Positions 23,351 to 34,755 of a stretch of DNA of 64,000 bases are shown piece by piece. Made by a program: the position numbers and the translations under genes. Position 1 is the first letter of the stretch. The number at the start of each line of letters is the position of its first letter. The notes under the pieces were generated by a model that saw only the letters and a program-made list of their open reading frames with translations, had not been told where the DNA came from and made no database searches. Source of the stretch: Blastocladiella emersonii ATCC 22665 (lineage: Eukaryota > Fungi > Blastocladiomycota); contig JANHCV010000001.1 in the NCBI GenBank assembly GCA_025594325.1, positions 4,526,001 through 4,590,000 of the forward strand, read 5' to 3'.

Positions 23351-24930
23351 GGCGCCGAGGGTCTTGGTCTAGTGTACAGCGAGGGAGGAGGCGCGACGGA
23401 GACTACACGACGGCGACGGTGCGGCGCGGGCCGGATTAGGCAAGGTCGGTCGGACATGGAACGCGACGTGTTGCGCCCGCTGCCGCATGGGCGGCGCAAC
23501 GCGTCGGATCGGCGCGCGCGCGCCAGCGATCGAGACTCGGTGACGTACTCTCGGCGTGGACCAGGGACGACGACACGTTGTAGCGCACGAGGAACGGTGC
23601 AGCGGATGTACAGGATGCCGCACAGTGTCGTTCGGGGCGCAGCCGCGCGAGTCTGGAGGGTCGAAGAGGAGAAGGGCGTCAGGTCGGCTGTGACTCTTTT
23701 GTTTCATGGGGCGGCCGTGACGGAGGGTCGAGGAGGAGAGGACGGAGTGGAGAAGGGGTCGGCCGGCGGCCAGGGCAGATTCAGATGCGGTACAGACTGA
23801 TGCAGCGACTCGATGAGGGCAGAGAGCGGGCGCGAAAGAGAGGGCGGCGAGGTGATCTGCAACAACTCGGGCTGATTTGACCCCTGAGGCGAGAGGAAGG
23901 AGGAGAGCGGAGAGTGGGGCCGGGGACCGCAGGCATGGGAAGAACAGGTTGCCGTACGTGAGAACACGAGGAGGAACCGGCTCGTGCAGGCCCGGCAGCA
24001 CGTCGGGCGAGGCGAGATGGGCGCAGGGCGATGGAATGGGTTGTCCCAGGGAGCGGAGGCTCGGGCGGACTGGGCGGTCAGGGCGCTGCGAGGAGAGCGG
24101 TTGCGGCGGGACGGGGCTCCGATGGAGAAAAAGGGATTTGAGGGCCATGCCGGGCGGAGGGGGGAGCGGCGAGAGGGAACGGCGGCCGCGCCGTGCCGGT
24201 CGCGAGGCACGGCACGGTGAGAACCGCGGCACGCGGTCGGCGGCCCGCCCCGGCGACCGTGGGAGCGGCAGCAACATGCGCCCGCGAAAACGCGGTTTCC
24301 GGCGCGCCCTGCTGCCCGCTCTCCCGCCCGGCCATCGCATCGAGCGCGCGCGGGTTCGTGTGCGCGCACACCGCCGGTTGCGTGGGATCGACCGCCCACA
24401 CCCCCACCCTCACGCTCAACTCGCTCGTTGACGAGGCGATGCATCTGAATCTGAACGCGGCGAAGGCGGCGGCAAGGTGCAGCGACCGATGCCTGCGAGA
24501 GATTCGATCTGTCTCGCACCGCACCACCGCGGGAACCCGACGCTGTGGCCGAGGCGGTTCCTCGCGTGGCGAGAAGGGTGAGAAAGGGAGACGTGATGAC
24601 GGCGGCGGCGGTGGGCGATTAATCAAGGGAAGCGCGGCCACGCGACCACGGCGTCTCCCACTTCCCGCACCGCGCTTTCCCGGCTGCTCGCGACCTGCCT
24701 CGCGCGAGACGTGAGACACGGGCGACGCCGCCTGACGCGTGTCCGACGCGTCGCGTCTCACCGCGTGCGCCACACCACGGCGACCGCCCGCATGACATCA
24801 CATGGCCTCCGCGCAAATCCTTCAGGTGGCGGAGCAGCGTGCCTCGCCGTCCTCACCGAGCAGCGACCTCGCCGTCTAGCGCATGCTAGCGACCGTGACC
24901 GCGACCGTGACCATGACCACAACCACCGCC

Positions 24931-26952
24931 ATGCATCGACCGACCAAAAACCACGAGATCGACGACTCGCAGTTCGAGGACGCCGACGAGGACCTCGAGC
25001 TCGCGCCGGCCGCCGCCACGCCTGCCCCTCCTACCGCTGCCGCCGCGCCCGCGACCGCGTCCACCGACGTCTACGATGACGAGGACGAGTACCCCGAGGG
25101 CGAGGAGGAGGAAGAGTACGACGACGAGGTCGCCTTCGACCGCGCCGACCAGATCCACCTCGGTCTGTCCAAGGACCACGCCGCCGTCGTCACCAAGGCG
25201 CAGGCCAAGCTCGACGCCCTGCAAATGTACAACAAGCTGACCGACAAGTCGGACCGCGCCACGGCCGAGCTCGTGCTCGACCCCAACACCATCCAGCGCA
25301 TGTTCAAGCTCATCAGTCAGGGCGTCCTCACCGGCATCCACGGCTGTGTCTCGACCGGCAAGGAGGCCAACGTCTACCTCGGCGAGCACAAGGCCGCCAA
25401 CACCTACCGCGCCATCAAGGTCTACAAGACCTCCATCCTCGTCTTCAAGGACCGCGACAAGTACGTCACGGGCGAGCACCGCTTCAGCCGCGCCTACGGC
25501 AAGAAGAACCCGCGCTCCATGGTCCGCGTCTGGGCCGAGAAGGAGATGCGCAACCTCAAGCGGTACGACCGTTTCCCGCTCTTCTCCACCACTCGAGCAT
25601 CCCGCTGACCTCAACTTCGCGTGTGTAGTCTACGGAGCGCCGGTATCCCCTCGCCCGAGCCCTTCCATCTCAACGAGAACGTGCTGCTCATGGACTTCAT
25701 CGGCGACGCCGACGGCCGCGCCGCCCCGCGCCTCAAGGACGCGGTCCTCGAGGGCAAGCGCGCGCGCAGCGCGTACGCGCAGATGCTGCGCAACATGTGG
25801 GTCCTGTACCACGTGTGCCGCCTCGTCCACGCCGATCTGTCCGAGTACAACGTGCTGTGGTACAAGAAGCAGTGTGTCGTCATCGACGTGTCGCAGTCGG
25901 TCGAGCACGCGCACCCGAACGCGCTCCAGTTCCTGCGCAAGGACTGCTCGGCCATCACCGAGTTCTTCAAGCGCAAGAACGTGGCCGTGCTCCCGCTGCG
26001 CGAGCTCTTCGATTTTGTCACCAACGCCTCGCTCATGACCCCCGCCGACGCCGAGGCCCACGCCGCGGCCGCCGCCGTCGCGTCGGGCGCCGTCAAGCCC
26101 GCCATGGTCTCGTCGGCCCTCGCCACCGTGTCCACGCCGCTGCCGCCCCTCGCGTGCCCCGCCGCCGTCGACGCCGAGATCGAGCGCCTCCTCCTCCGCG
26201 CCGCCGACCTCGCCAACGCCCCCGCCGCCGACCAGAACGCCGAGCAGGTCGCCGACCTGGTCTTCATGAACGCCTACGTGCCCCGCACCCTCGACGACGT
26301 CTACGACATGGAGCGCGACGTGCGCGCCATCAACGAGGGCCGCGGCGGCGACCTCGTGTACCGCGACCTCCTCGCCCCCACGCTCGTCAAGGCCGACGAC
26401 GAGGACGAGGAGGTGATCGCGAAGCCCAAGGGCAAGTCCAAGTCGGGCAAGGGCAAGTCCAAGAAGGCTGCCGCCGAGGTTGCCCCGCAGCAGCATCAGT
26501 CCGACGCCGTGCTCGACGATCTTCTCGCGCCGACGCCATCGGCCGTCTCGGATGACCTGCTCGACGACCTGCTCGCGCCACCACCCGCCGCCGCGGGCAA
26601 CTCGGCCGCGTTCCTCAACGACCTGCTCGCTCCCGCCGCGCCCTCCGCGTCTGCTGTCGCCGACGACGACGAGGAGGAAAAGATTGTCGTCAGCGACCTC
26701 GAGGACGACAGCGAAGAGGAGGACTCGGACGACGACGACTCGGATGACGATGACGACTCGGACTCGGACTCGGACGACCCCGACCGCCCGCCGCGGCCCA
26801 AGCGCGGCAAGAAGCACATGGACAAGGACGAGAAGAAGCAGCTCAAGAAGGCGACCAAGGAGAACAACCAGAAGCGCCGCGCCGCCCGCGCAGAGAAGAT
26901 GCGCAAGTCCGAAAAGAAGCGCAAGGAGAAGATGAACAAGAAGAAGAAGTAG
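24931..26952 (+). CDS. RIO1: RIO1 atypical Ser/Thr kinase (40S maturation)
   Basis: GCVSTGKEANVY, AIKVYKTSILVFKDRDKYVTGE, VRVWAEKEMRNLKR, VHADLSEYN, IDVSQSVEH; acidic then Lys-rich tail. One intron at about 25564-25628. Start could be the upstream in-frame ATG 24883 or 24913. Confidence 0.95.
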
Positions 26953-27151
26953 GTCGCTTGTTCGTCGTCCCTAGTGTAATAGTAGCTCTTTATATCATTG
27001 TGCGATTTCTGGGTGGCAACGGGCAACGTGAGCCAGCGTGACCTCACATCGCACTCTCGCGTTTCGAGCCGACACAGGTCCATCGCGTCGTGGCACGCCG
27101 ACTCTCGAACCAATCCTTGACAATCTAACGAAGCTCCAACGTATCGACACC

Positions 27152-28755
27152 ATGAGCAAAAACGCTAAGCGCAAGCCCGCCCGCGCTGCTGCCTTTGCCG
27201 CGGCCGCTGCCGCGAAGCCGGCCCCTGCCGCCGCTGCCCCGGCCAAGCCGGCGCTCGGCGCCGAGGCCGAGGACGATTTCGGCAACCTGCTGGACGCCGA
27301 GTCGGCCTCCGCGGGCATCTCGGCCGCCGATCTCGAGGTGTCCGACGACGAGGACATGGACACGGACGGGCCCCGCTCCGTGTCCAAGGCCGTCGCTGCC
27401 TCGGACGACGAGGCGGAGGCGGAGGAGGAGGCCGTGCTCGGCGGATCCGACGCGGAGGGCGACGGCGACGAGACGCAGCCCGACTCTAAGAAGCGCAAGC
27501 GGGCGGCCAAGGAGAAGAGCAAGGAGCGCAAGAAGAAGAAGTTTGCCGAGTCGCTCGAGCGCGCTACGCTGCGCGAACACACGCCGCTCGCCCAGGCGGA
27601 GAGTCTCGCGCGCCACCTGCTCGACTACACGATCAACGACCAGAAGATGACGAGTCTCGAGGTCCAGGACAAGCTTATCCCTGGTACGCCTGGCGTTGGC
27701 CGAGTGTCACGGTTTCGGAATCCAGTTGCTCACAGTAACGCGCGTCTGCATGTAGAGTCGTGCTTCCTTGACCTTGGCGACATTGACACGGCCAACGACG
27801 ACCTGTACCCCGACGTGATTCGCGCTGGTACGCCGCCAATTGACGCAACACCGCCCAACTCGTTTGCTGACAGCCGTGCCAAACTTCTTGCGTAGCCATT
27901 CCCAACATCGAGGACTACTTCCCCGACCCCGAGACCGGCCGCCCAAAGTCGTCCAAGATGAGTCTGCGCAAGCAGGGTCCGCTCGTCCTCATCCTGTGCT
28001 CGTCGGGCATCCGGTGCATGGACGTGATCCGCAAGCTGCGCCCATTGACGGGCGGTGACTACGAGGCGGGCTCGTCGGGCCCCTCGTTCCGCGGTGGTCG
28101 CGGTGGTGCTCGTGGCGGTCGCGGTGGTGGCCGCGGCGGGTTCAACGACTCGCGCAAGCCGCGCGACCCGAACGGCGCCATGAAACTGCGCGTCGGTAAG
28201 CTGTTCGCCAAGCACATGAAGCTCGAGGAGCAGGTCCAGTACCTCGACGGCTACGCCGTGCACGTCGCCGTCGGTACGCCCAACCGCATCGCAAAGCTGC
28301 TCGAGGCTGGCGCCCTCAAGACGGGCAACCTCCGGTCCATCATCCTCGACGTGACCTACCGCGACGCCAAGCAGCGCACGCTGTTCACAGCCGCCGAGTC
28401 CCGCGTCGAGTTCTTCCAGCTCTACCTCGAGCACCTCGCCAACCTGTGCAAGGGCGTCAAGCCCGCCGACGTCGCCGCGCCCGCCGCTGCGCCAACCCCC
28501 GCGGCCAAGGACGCCGACGGCGAGGACGACGCGGCCACGTCGACGTCCGTCACGGTCCGGATTGCAGACGACGAGGACGAGGCCGAAGCTGACGGCGCCA
28601 AGGCGGCGACGGAGACGGCGGACCCAGACGCACCGACGATGAGCAAGAAGAAGGCCAAGAAAGAGGCCCGCCGCAAGGCCCAGGCGGCCAAGGCTGCTGC
28701 TGCCGCTGCCGCGGCCGCGGTGCCGGCGTCCCCACCGCTCATGTGCATCTTCTGA
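27152..28755 (+). CDS. CMS1: Cms1/CMSS1 90S pre-ribosome factor (degenerate DEAD-like)
   Basis: GPLVLILCSSGIRCMDVIRKL, VGKLFAKHMKLEEQV, VAVGTPNRIAKLL, IILDVTYRDAKQRTLF. Multi-exon. Confidence 0.85.
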
Positions 28756-29071
28756 GCAGTCGAGTCAATACATAAACTTACTTAGTCTTCTCAACGACTC
28801 TTTGTCGGTGTATCACTTGCGGGGAGGACGCAGGCGCGGACGTGCCACGCGCCAGTCGCACTCGCTGGATCACGACGCGTCGATCAAAGCTCTCGTGGAC
28901 TTTTGACTCAGGGTGACAAAGCGCTGCGGAAATGATGACATGTCTCCGCGCCGTTGCCGTGAGTGAGGATGTGGCATGCGTTGCTGCGCCACCCCGCAAT
29001 GTGGCGCAGCCGGGGCTGACTTCCAGAGGCTCATTCCGAACAGGGGCCGACACCCGGCCGCGTTTGCACGG

Positions 29072-29077
29072 TATAAA
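29072..29077 (+). promoter_or_regulatory. TATA box (TATAAA) of Egh16-like copy C
   Basis: CGGTATAAA context shared with copy A; about 110 nt upstream of ATG 29183. Confidence 0.6.
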
Positions 29078-29182
29078 GATCAGGCCTTCCCCGCGACCCC
29101 AACGTTGCCAAAGCATACCCAAACTCAAAGCGCTGGTCGCTCAACCCTTAACCAACGTCCCTCCCTACCCTCAATCCTAACG

Positions 29183-29950
29183 ATGAAGCTCGTCGCTGTT
29201 CTCGTCGCCCTCGTGGCCGCTGCCGCCTCGGCCGACGCTCACGGTGCCATCATCGGTGCCAAGGGCATCGCCGGCCCTCAGGGCAAGGCGCTCGGCATTC
29301 TTGACACGGTCCCGCGTACTGGCACCGGCCGCAACCCGTTCCAGACCGACACGTCGATCATCCGCGACGGCGAGATCCGGTCCGGCCGCGCCGGTCCCTG
29401 TGGTCGCACCATCGCCGGCGGCAACAACGACATGGCCGGCGTCGCCAAGATCGCGCAGGAGATGGGCGGGCTTCCGCAGGTCGCTCCCGGCATGCCCCTG
29501 ACCCTCACCGTCCACCAGATCAACGCCGACGGCGCCGGCCCGTTCGCGTGCGACGTGTCCATGGACGGCACGGGCAACGATTTCCAGCAGGTCCAGGTCG
29601 CGCAGAACGTCCGCGGGATCCTCGGCACGAACCCGGCCGGGAACAAGTCGCCGCACGACCTCGTCGTCATGATGCCCGCGAGCATGCAGTGCACCGGCGG
29701 CGCGACCGGCGATATGTGCATGGTCCGGTGCCGCAACAACGCGGTCGCGGGTCCGTTCGGCGGTTGCGTCCCCGTCCAGCAGGCGTCGCCGCAGGTCGCC
29801 GCGGCCGCGGCCGCCAACGGCGCGGGAGCTGTCGGTGCGGGTGCTGGCACTGGTGCGGGTGCCGGAGCGGCGGGCGGGGCCAAGAAGCGTGCTGGTGCCC
29901 TTGGCGGACTCGGCGGTGCTGGTGGCCTCGGTGCCCTGCTCGGCATCTAA
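29183..29950 (+). CDS. Secreted Egh16-like/GAS1-like (DUF3129) protein, copy C (diverged paralogue), intronless
   Basis: Signal peptide MKLVAVLVALVAAAASADA then His-Gly. About 18 substitutions versus A/B in the ~190-aa mature core (manual count). Confidence 0.9.
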   Translation: MKLVAVLVALVAAAASADAHGAIIGAKGIAGPQGKALGILDTVPRTGTGRNPFQTDTSIIRDGEIRSGRAGPCGRTIAGGNNDMAGVAKIAQEMGGLPQVAPGMPLTLTVHQINADGAGPFACDVSMDGTGNDFQQVQVAQNVRGILGTNPAGNKSPHDLVVMMPASMQCTGGATGDMCMVRCRNNAVAGPFGGCVPVQQASPQVAAAAAANGAGAVGAGAGTGAGAGAAGGAKKRAGALGGLGGAGGLGALLGI

Positions 29951-30037
29951 GTGGTGTGGATGGAAGAGCTCTCTCCCCCCTTCTGTGGACGCCGCTGGTC
30001 GGGGTCTACCTGTGAATACATGTCTATACAGCACTCT

Positions 30038-33000
30038 CTAAATCTCAATCTCCTTGACAACGGGTTTCCGGTAGTACTTGAGGTTGCCGCCGGCCGACGC
30101 GGACATAAGGTTTTCGGACGGCTTGAACGGTGCGTGCGCGCCGTACGGCTTGGCCACGGGCAGCGCCTCGGCGAGCGGCGGGAGGTACGCGTTCGGTCGC
30201 GGCTCGGCCGTCGTCTTGGTCCCGTTCGGCATGAGGAACGTCGGGTTGTCAAAGTCGGGCAGCAGCGTCCAGTCGCCCTCCTGGCCGTCAAGCCCGCGCG
30301 CCGTGGCCGCGGCCGCCTTTTTGCCCTTGTGCGTCCGCTTCGCCTGCTCGATGCGCTGCTCACGCTTCGACTCCATGCGCTGCCACTCGGCGTCGAGGTC
30401 GGGCACGGACATGGCCAGCGGCTCCTCGAGCGCCGCGTGCGCGTCGAGCGGGTCCGTGAACCGCACCGCGGCCTGGACCTGCTCAAGCAGGCTGCGCTTG
30501 CCGTCGACCTCGGCCTGCAGCGCCATGGCCAGCGTCTTGGCAATCGAGATCTCGGCCACGAGGCCCATCATGGTGCGCGACACCTGCGACAGCTTGCGCG
30601 AGACCTGGTTCATGCGACCCATGACCTGCGAGCTCTCCTTGCGGCCTTGCTGCGCCTGCGAGCGCAGCCGCTCAGTGAGGTGCGCGATCTCCTCGAGGAT
30701 CAGGTCCTTTTCGAGCAGCTTCTCTTCCTGCTGCGCGAGCCGCATCTCGAGCTTGTGCACGCGCGCGTTCAGCGCTTCCTGCGGCGGGTCCTCGCCCTTG
30801 AGGTCGCGCACGCGGCTCTTGTCGGGCGACTCTACACGAAGCGTGATTAAGTTATCAGTATGAGTGGAATTGAGCGCGGCCGACGACGCGTACCCATGAT
30901 CTTGGACAGCTCGAGGACCTGGGCCTTGGCCTCGTGCACCTGCGACTTGAGCGACTCGTACTCGGCCTTGAGCTGGTCGACAACGGGCAGCTGCTTCTCG
31001 CGGACGAGCACGGATCGGCGGAGCTCCTTGCACATGAGCGAGAGCTGGCGGATGCGGTCCTCGAGGTCGACGAGCTCCTCCTCGCCGTGCGTCATGACGC
31101 GCTCCTGGATGTTGTTGCGCTCGTACAGCATGCACAGCTCGTCGTTGCGCTCGAGGTACTGGAGCCCGGCCGCGTTGCGCTCGTTGACGACCTGCTCGTA
31201 CCGCGCCTTGAGCGTCGCGAGCTCGCCCGCGCAGTTGGACAGCGAGTTGGAGAGCGTGTCGATGCGGCCCGTCTGCTGGTCGATGAGCGACCGCTTGTCG
31301 CGGTACTGGACGAGCAGGCGGTTGGCCTCCATCTTGGAGTTGTCGCGCTGCGAGTAGGCCGCGTTGTTCTCCTGGCGCTTCTTGGCGAGCTCGCGGTCCT
31401 TGTGCGCGATCTCGTTGCGCAGGATCTCGACCTCGGACCGCAGGATCCGGCTCTTCTCCTTCATCTCCATAGCGCGCTGCTGCGAGCTGGCGATCAGGTT
31501 GACGTAGCGGTTGCGCTCGTTCTTGACCTTGTCGTACAGCGCGGCAAACTCGGTGAGCCGGACCTGCGCCTCCTGGCTCTTCTTGGTCGCGTCGAGCACC
31601 TCCATCTCGCGCGTCTGCGCGTCCTCGCGGCCCTTGCGCGCCTTGGCCTCCATGCGCAGCAGCTCGCGCGCCTTCATCTCGCGCTCGTACTTGGAGTAGA
31701 CGATGCTGCGGTCGATGGCCTCGAGCTCCTTGTTCATGGCGTCGATGGCCGACTCGATCTCGCGGTTCGTCTCGATGCGCGTCGCCAGCAGCTCCTTGTC
31801 GCCGGCGGCGTGCCGCTCGCCCTCGATGAAGCTGTGCATGAGGATCTCGATCTCCTTGCGCAGCGCGCGCACCGCGTCGCGGTAGTGCTTGCTCTCGCGC
31901 TCGGTCGCCTCGAGCGTGAGGTGCACGTCGTGGTTGTGCTGCTTGGCCGCGGGCACCGACGCCACGGCCGTGTTCACGACGCCCTCGAGCTTGCGGTACA
32001 CCTTGATCAGGTGGTCCTTGTCGCGGTTGCACCGGATCAGGCTCTCGTGGCACCCCTTGATGCGCGCCTCGAGCTGCTTGAGCGTCAGGTGCAGCCGCAC
32101 CTTTTCCGACTCTTGCACGGCGAGCAGGTCCTTGGCCATCTCGTGCTCGTGGAAGATCTCGTCGCACGCGCGCTCGCGCTCCAGCATCTCCTCCTTGCGC
32201 CGGTCGAACTCGGCCGCGTGGCTCGCCTTCTCGTCTTCGAGGTCCTACACGATCGCGAAACCGGGTCAGGTCGCGATAAGCCGACGACGTCGCGCGGCGA
32301 GCAAGCGGACGTACCTTCCTCCGCTTGGTCAGCTTCTCCATGTCCTTTTCGAGCTGCGCGGCGAGCTGGGTCTGCTTGACGTTCTCAATGACGAGACTAG
32401 CGATGCCGTCGCGGAGCACCTCGGCCTGCTTCATGATCTTGCCCGGCATCTCGTTGGCCTTGGCGAGCGTGATCTCGTTGCGCTCGCGCTCGGCGAGCAG
32501 CCGCTCCTTGTCTTTGGTCACATTCTCGTAGATCTGCTCCTTCTCCTCGAGGTCCTTCTCGAGGTTCTCGGCCTGGTGCTTGCGCTGGATCAGGTCGAGC
32601 TTGATCTCCTTGGTGTTGGCGACGAGCTGCGGCTCGAGCATGTCCGTCTTGTGCCGGCGGATCTCCTCGATGTCCTCGATCAGCGACTCCTTGGTGATCA
32701 GCGCCTCCTCGATCTCGACGCTGTACTTGGCCTCGCGCTCGTGGGCGAGGACCACCTCGTTCTGGCACTACACTCGCGACGGCGCGTGAGGGGGGAGGAA
32801 GTGGAACGCGAAAGTGCAACACCGACGTACGCGCAGCAGCTCGCGCTTGAGCTCGCCGATCTCGGCGTTGTCATCGTACACCTTGGCGCCCGTCTTGTCC
32901 ATTTCGAGGCGCTGTTTAGTGACCTCGGCCTGGAGGGCCTTGGTCTTCTTGATCATGGCCTTTTCATACTCGAAGGCCGTGAGGATGAACTGGTACAGCG

Positions 33001-33402
33001 TGTGGTGTCGCTGCTTGAGCTCCTCGACGCTACGAACTCTCAGCGTCAGCGATCGCTCACGTTGGTCGAGTAGCGAGGGCATACACACCGAGCCGCCGGG
33101 ATCTGCTCTTTGGACTTGAGCGAATCGAGGAACTTGAAGGCGCTGCTCGCCTCGATGTTGAACAGACCCGAGTTGAGAATGTCCTCGTCGACAAACGACT
33201 CGTCCTCGGGCTGAACCGCCGCGACGCTCGCGCTCAGAATGCTCGCCATGGGGGCGGCGAGCGGGAGCGCGCCTTCAGGAGCGCCGTTTGAGATAGTAGC
33301 TTCAGCGGATCTCGATGCGCCGCTTTCATCGCCGGCGCCGCCGCCCGCGTCATCCCGCGGCACGGTCAGCCTGCCCGTGTTGGGCCGTGACGACGACGAC
33401 AT
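30038..33402 (-). CDS. CCDC146: Flagellar coiled-coil protein CCDC146 (MBO2)
   Basis: C-terminus TTAEPRPNAYLP..LPVAKPYGAHAPFKPSE..YRKPVVKEIEI; LLEKDLILEEIAHLTERL; ERNDELCMLYER. About 1000 aa of coiled coil over several exons. Confidence 0.9.
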
Positions 33403-33765
33403 GGTTTCATGGACGCCGATGCAGCGAGTGGTTCTTCGGTTACGTTGCAGATAGTGCCACTTTACATGGATGCGTCACACGGTCGCTGAAACAAACGCGG
33501 CGAACACGACGGAGGGAGACAAACGCGTCTCCCCCGCTCCACGTGATAACGCGACGCGTCTCGAATGTGGCTGAGTCGGCGTGAACGTGTGGCTTGTTCG
33601 CTGGTGACGTCGCTTTGCTGTTCGGCCAGCCACTGCCCGAATTGATCTGGGCTTTGTCGCGGACAAACGCAACGGCGCGCTCATTTTCGATGCAATACGC
33701 TGCGGACAAGCGTGGAGCGGCCGAGACCAGCATGGCCTGGGCCCCGCCGTTGCGACGAGTCCTGC

Positions 33766-33772
33766 TATAAAT
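33766..33772 (+). promoter_or_regulatory. TATA box (TATAAAT) of Egh16-like copy B
   Basis: Positionally homologous to the copy A TATA; lies in the ~495 bp divergent intergenic region shared with CCDC146. Confidence 0.7.
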
Positions 33773-33781
33773 CTCTCGCTC

Positions 33782-34728
33782 GCCCCCGCCATCCTCTCGA
33801 CTTGTTCGACAGAAGCAGGTCTTTCCTCACCAACCAATCCCAATCCCAAGAACGAGCGCTGGTCGCTACCTCCCCCACATCACCCTACACATCAAGATGA
33901 AGTTCACCGCCACCACCGTCCTCCTCGCGCTCCTCGCCACTGCGGCCACCTCGGTCAACGCGCACGGCGCCATCGTTGGCGCGCAGGGCATCGCGGGCCC
34001 GCAGGGCAAGGCGCTCGGCGTGCTCGAGAGCGTGCCGCGCACGGGCACGGGCCGCAACCCGTTCCAGACGGACACGTCCATCATCCGCGACGGCGAGATC
34101 CGGTCGGGCCGGTCGGGTCCGTGCGGGCGCACGATCGCGGGCGGCAACAACGACATGGCGGGCGTGGCCAAGATCGCGCAGGAGATGGGCGGTCTGCCGC
34201 AGGTGGCGCCCAACATGCCGCTCAAGCTGACGCTGCACCAGGTGAACGCCGACGGCGCGGGCCCGTTCGCGTGCGACATCTCCATGGACGGCACGGGCAA
34301 CGACTTCCAGCAGGTGCAGGTGGCGCAGAACGTGGCGGGCGTGCTGGGCACGAACCCGCTCGGCAACAAGTCGCCGCACGACCTGGTGGTGATGATGCCG
34401 GCCAACATGCAGTGTACGGGCGGCGCCAGCGGCAACATGTGCATGGTGCGGTGCCGCAACAACGCCGTGGCGGGGCCGTTTGGCGGGTGTGTCCCCGTCG
34501 AGCAGGCGTCGCCGCAGGTGGCCGCGGCCGCGCTCGCGTCGGGCGGCTCCGTTGCTGGTGCGGGCGGTGCTGCTCCGGCTGCTGGTGCCGCGGCGCCCGC
34601 GCCCAAGCGTGCCGGTGGTGCGCTCGGCGGTCTCGGCGCCCTCCTCGGCCTGTAAGCTTCTCAGCAAGAGCGTGTGTACAGTGGTTGTTGTTTTCCATCA
34701 AAATAAGACGTCTCGAACCAGTTTTTCT
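33782..34728 (+). repeat. Inverted repeat arm 2 (partner 13556-14502)
   Basis: No difference found in 33782-34672; three C/T or A/C mismatches in 34673-34728; homology is lost after that. Confidence 0.92.
33897..34655 (+). CDS. Secreted Egh16-like/GAS1-like (DUF3129) protein, copy B (252 aa, identical to copy A)
   Basis: Same translation as 13629..14387. Confidence 0.9.
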   Translation: MKFTATTVLLALLATAATSVNAHGAIVGAQGIAGPQGKALGVLESVPRTGTGRNPFQTDTSIIRDGEIRSGRSGPCGRTIAGGNNDMAGVAKIAQEMGGLPQVAPNMPLKLTLHQVNADGAGPFACDISMDGTGNDFQQVQVAQNVAGVLGTNPLGNKSPHDLVVMMPANMQCTGGASGNMCMVRCRNNAVAGPFGGCVPVEQASPQVAAAALASGGSVAGAGGAAPAAGAAAPAPKRAGGALGGLGALLGL

Positions 34729-34755
34729 CCTCAATCCATTTTCCTCCTGAATGCT

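Noticed and set aside
23350-24880. Long divergent intergenic regions (also 49405-50453) as candidate mobile elements or hidden genes
   Set aside because: No transposase or RT motifs, terminal repeats or consistent exon structure. Best read as long 5' leaders and promoters of PUF/RIO1 and of the kinase/membrane-protein pair.
8841-33402. Functional clustering of flagellar genes
   Set aside because: Only two such genes, 20 kb apart and separated by unrelated housekeeping genes.
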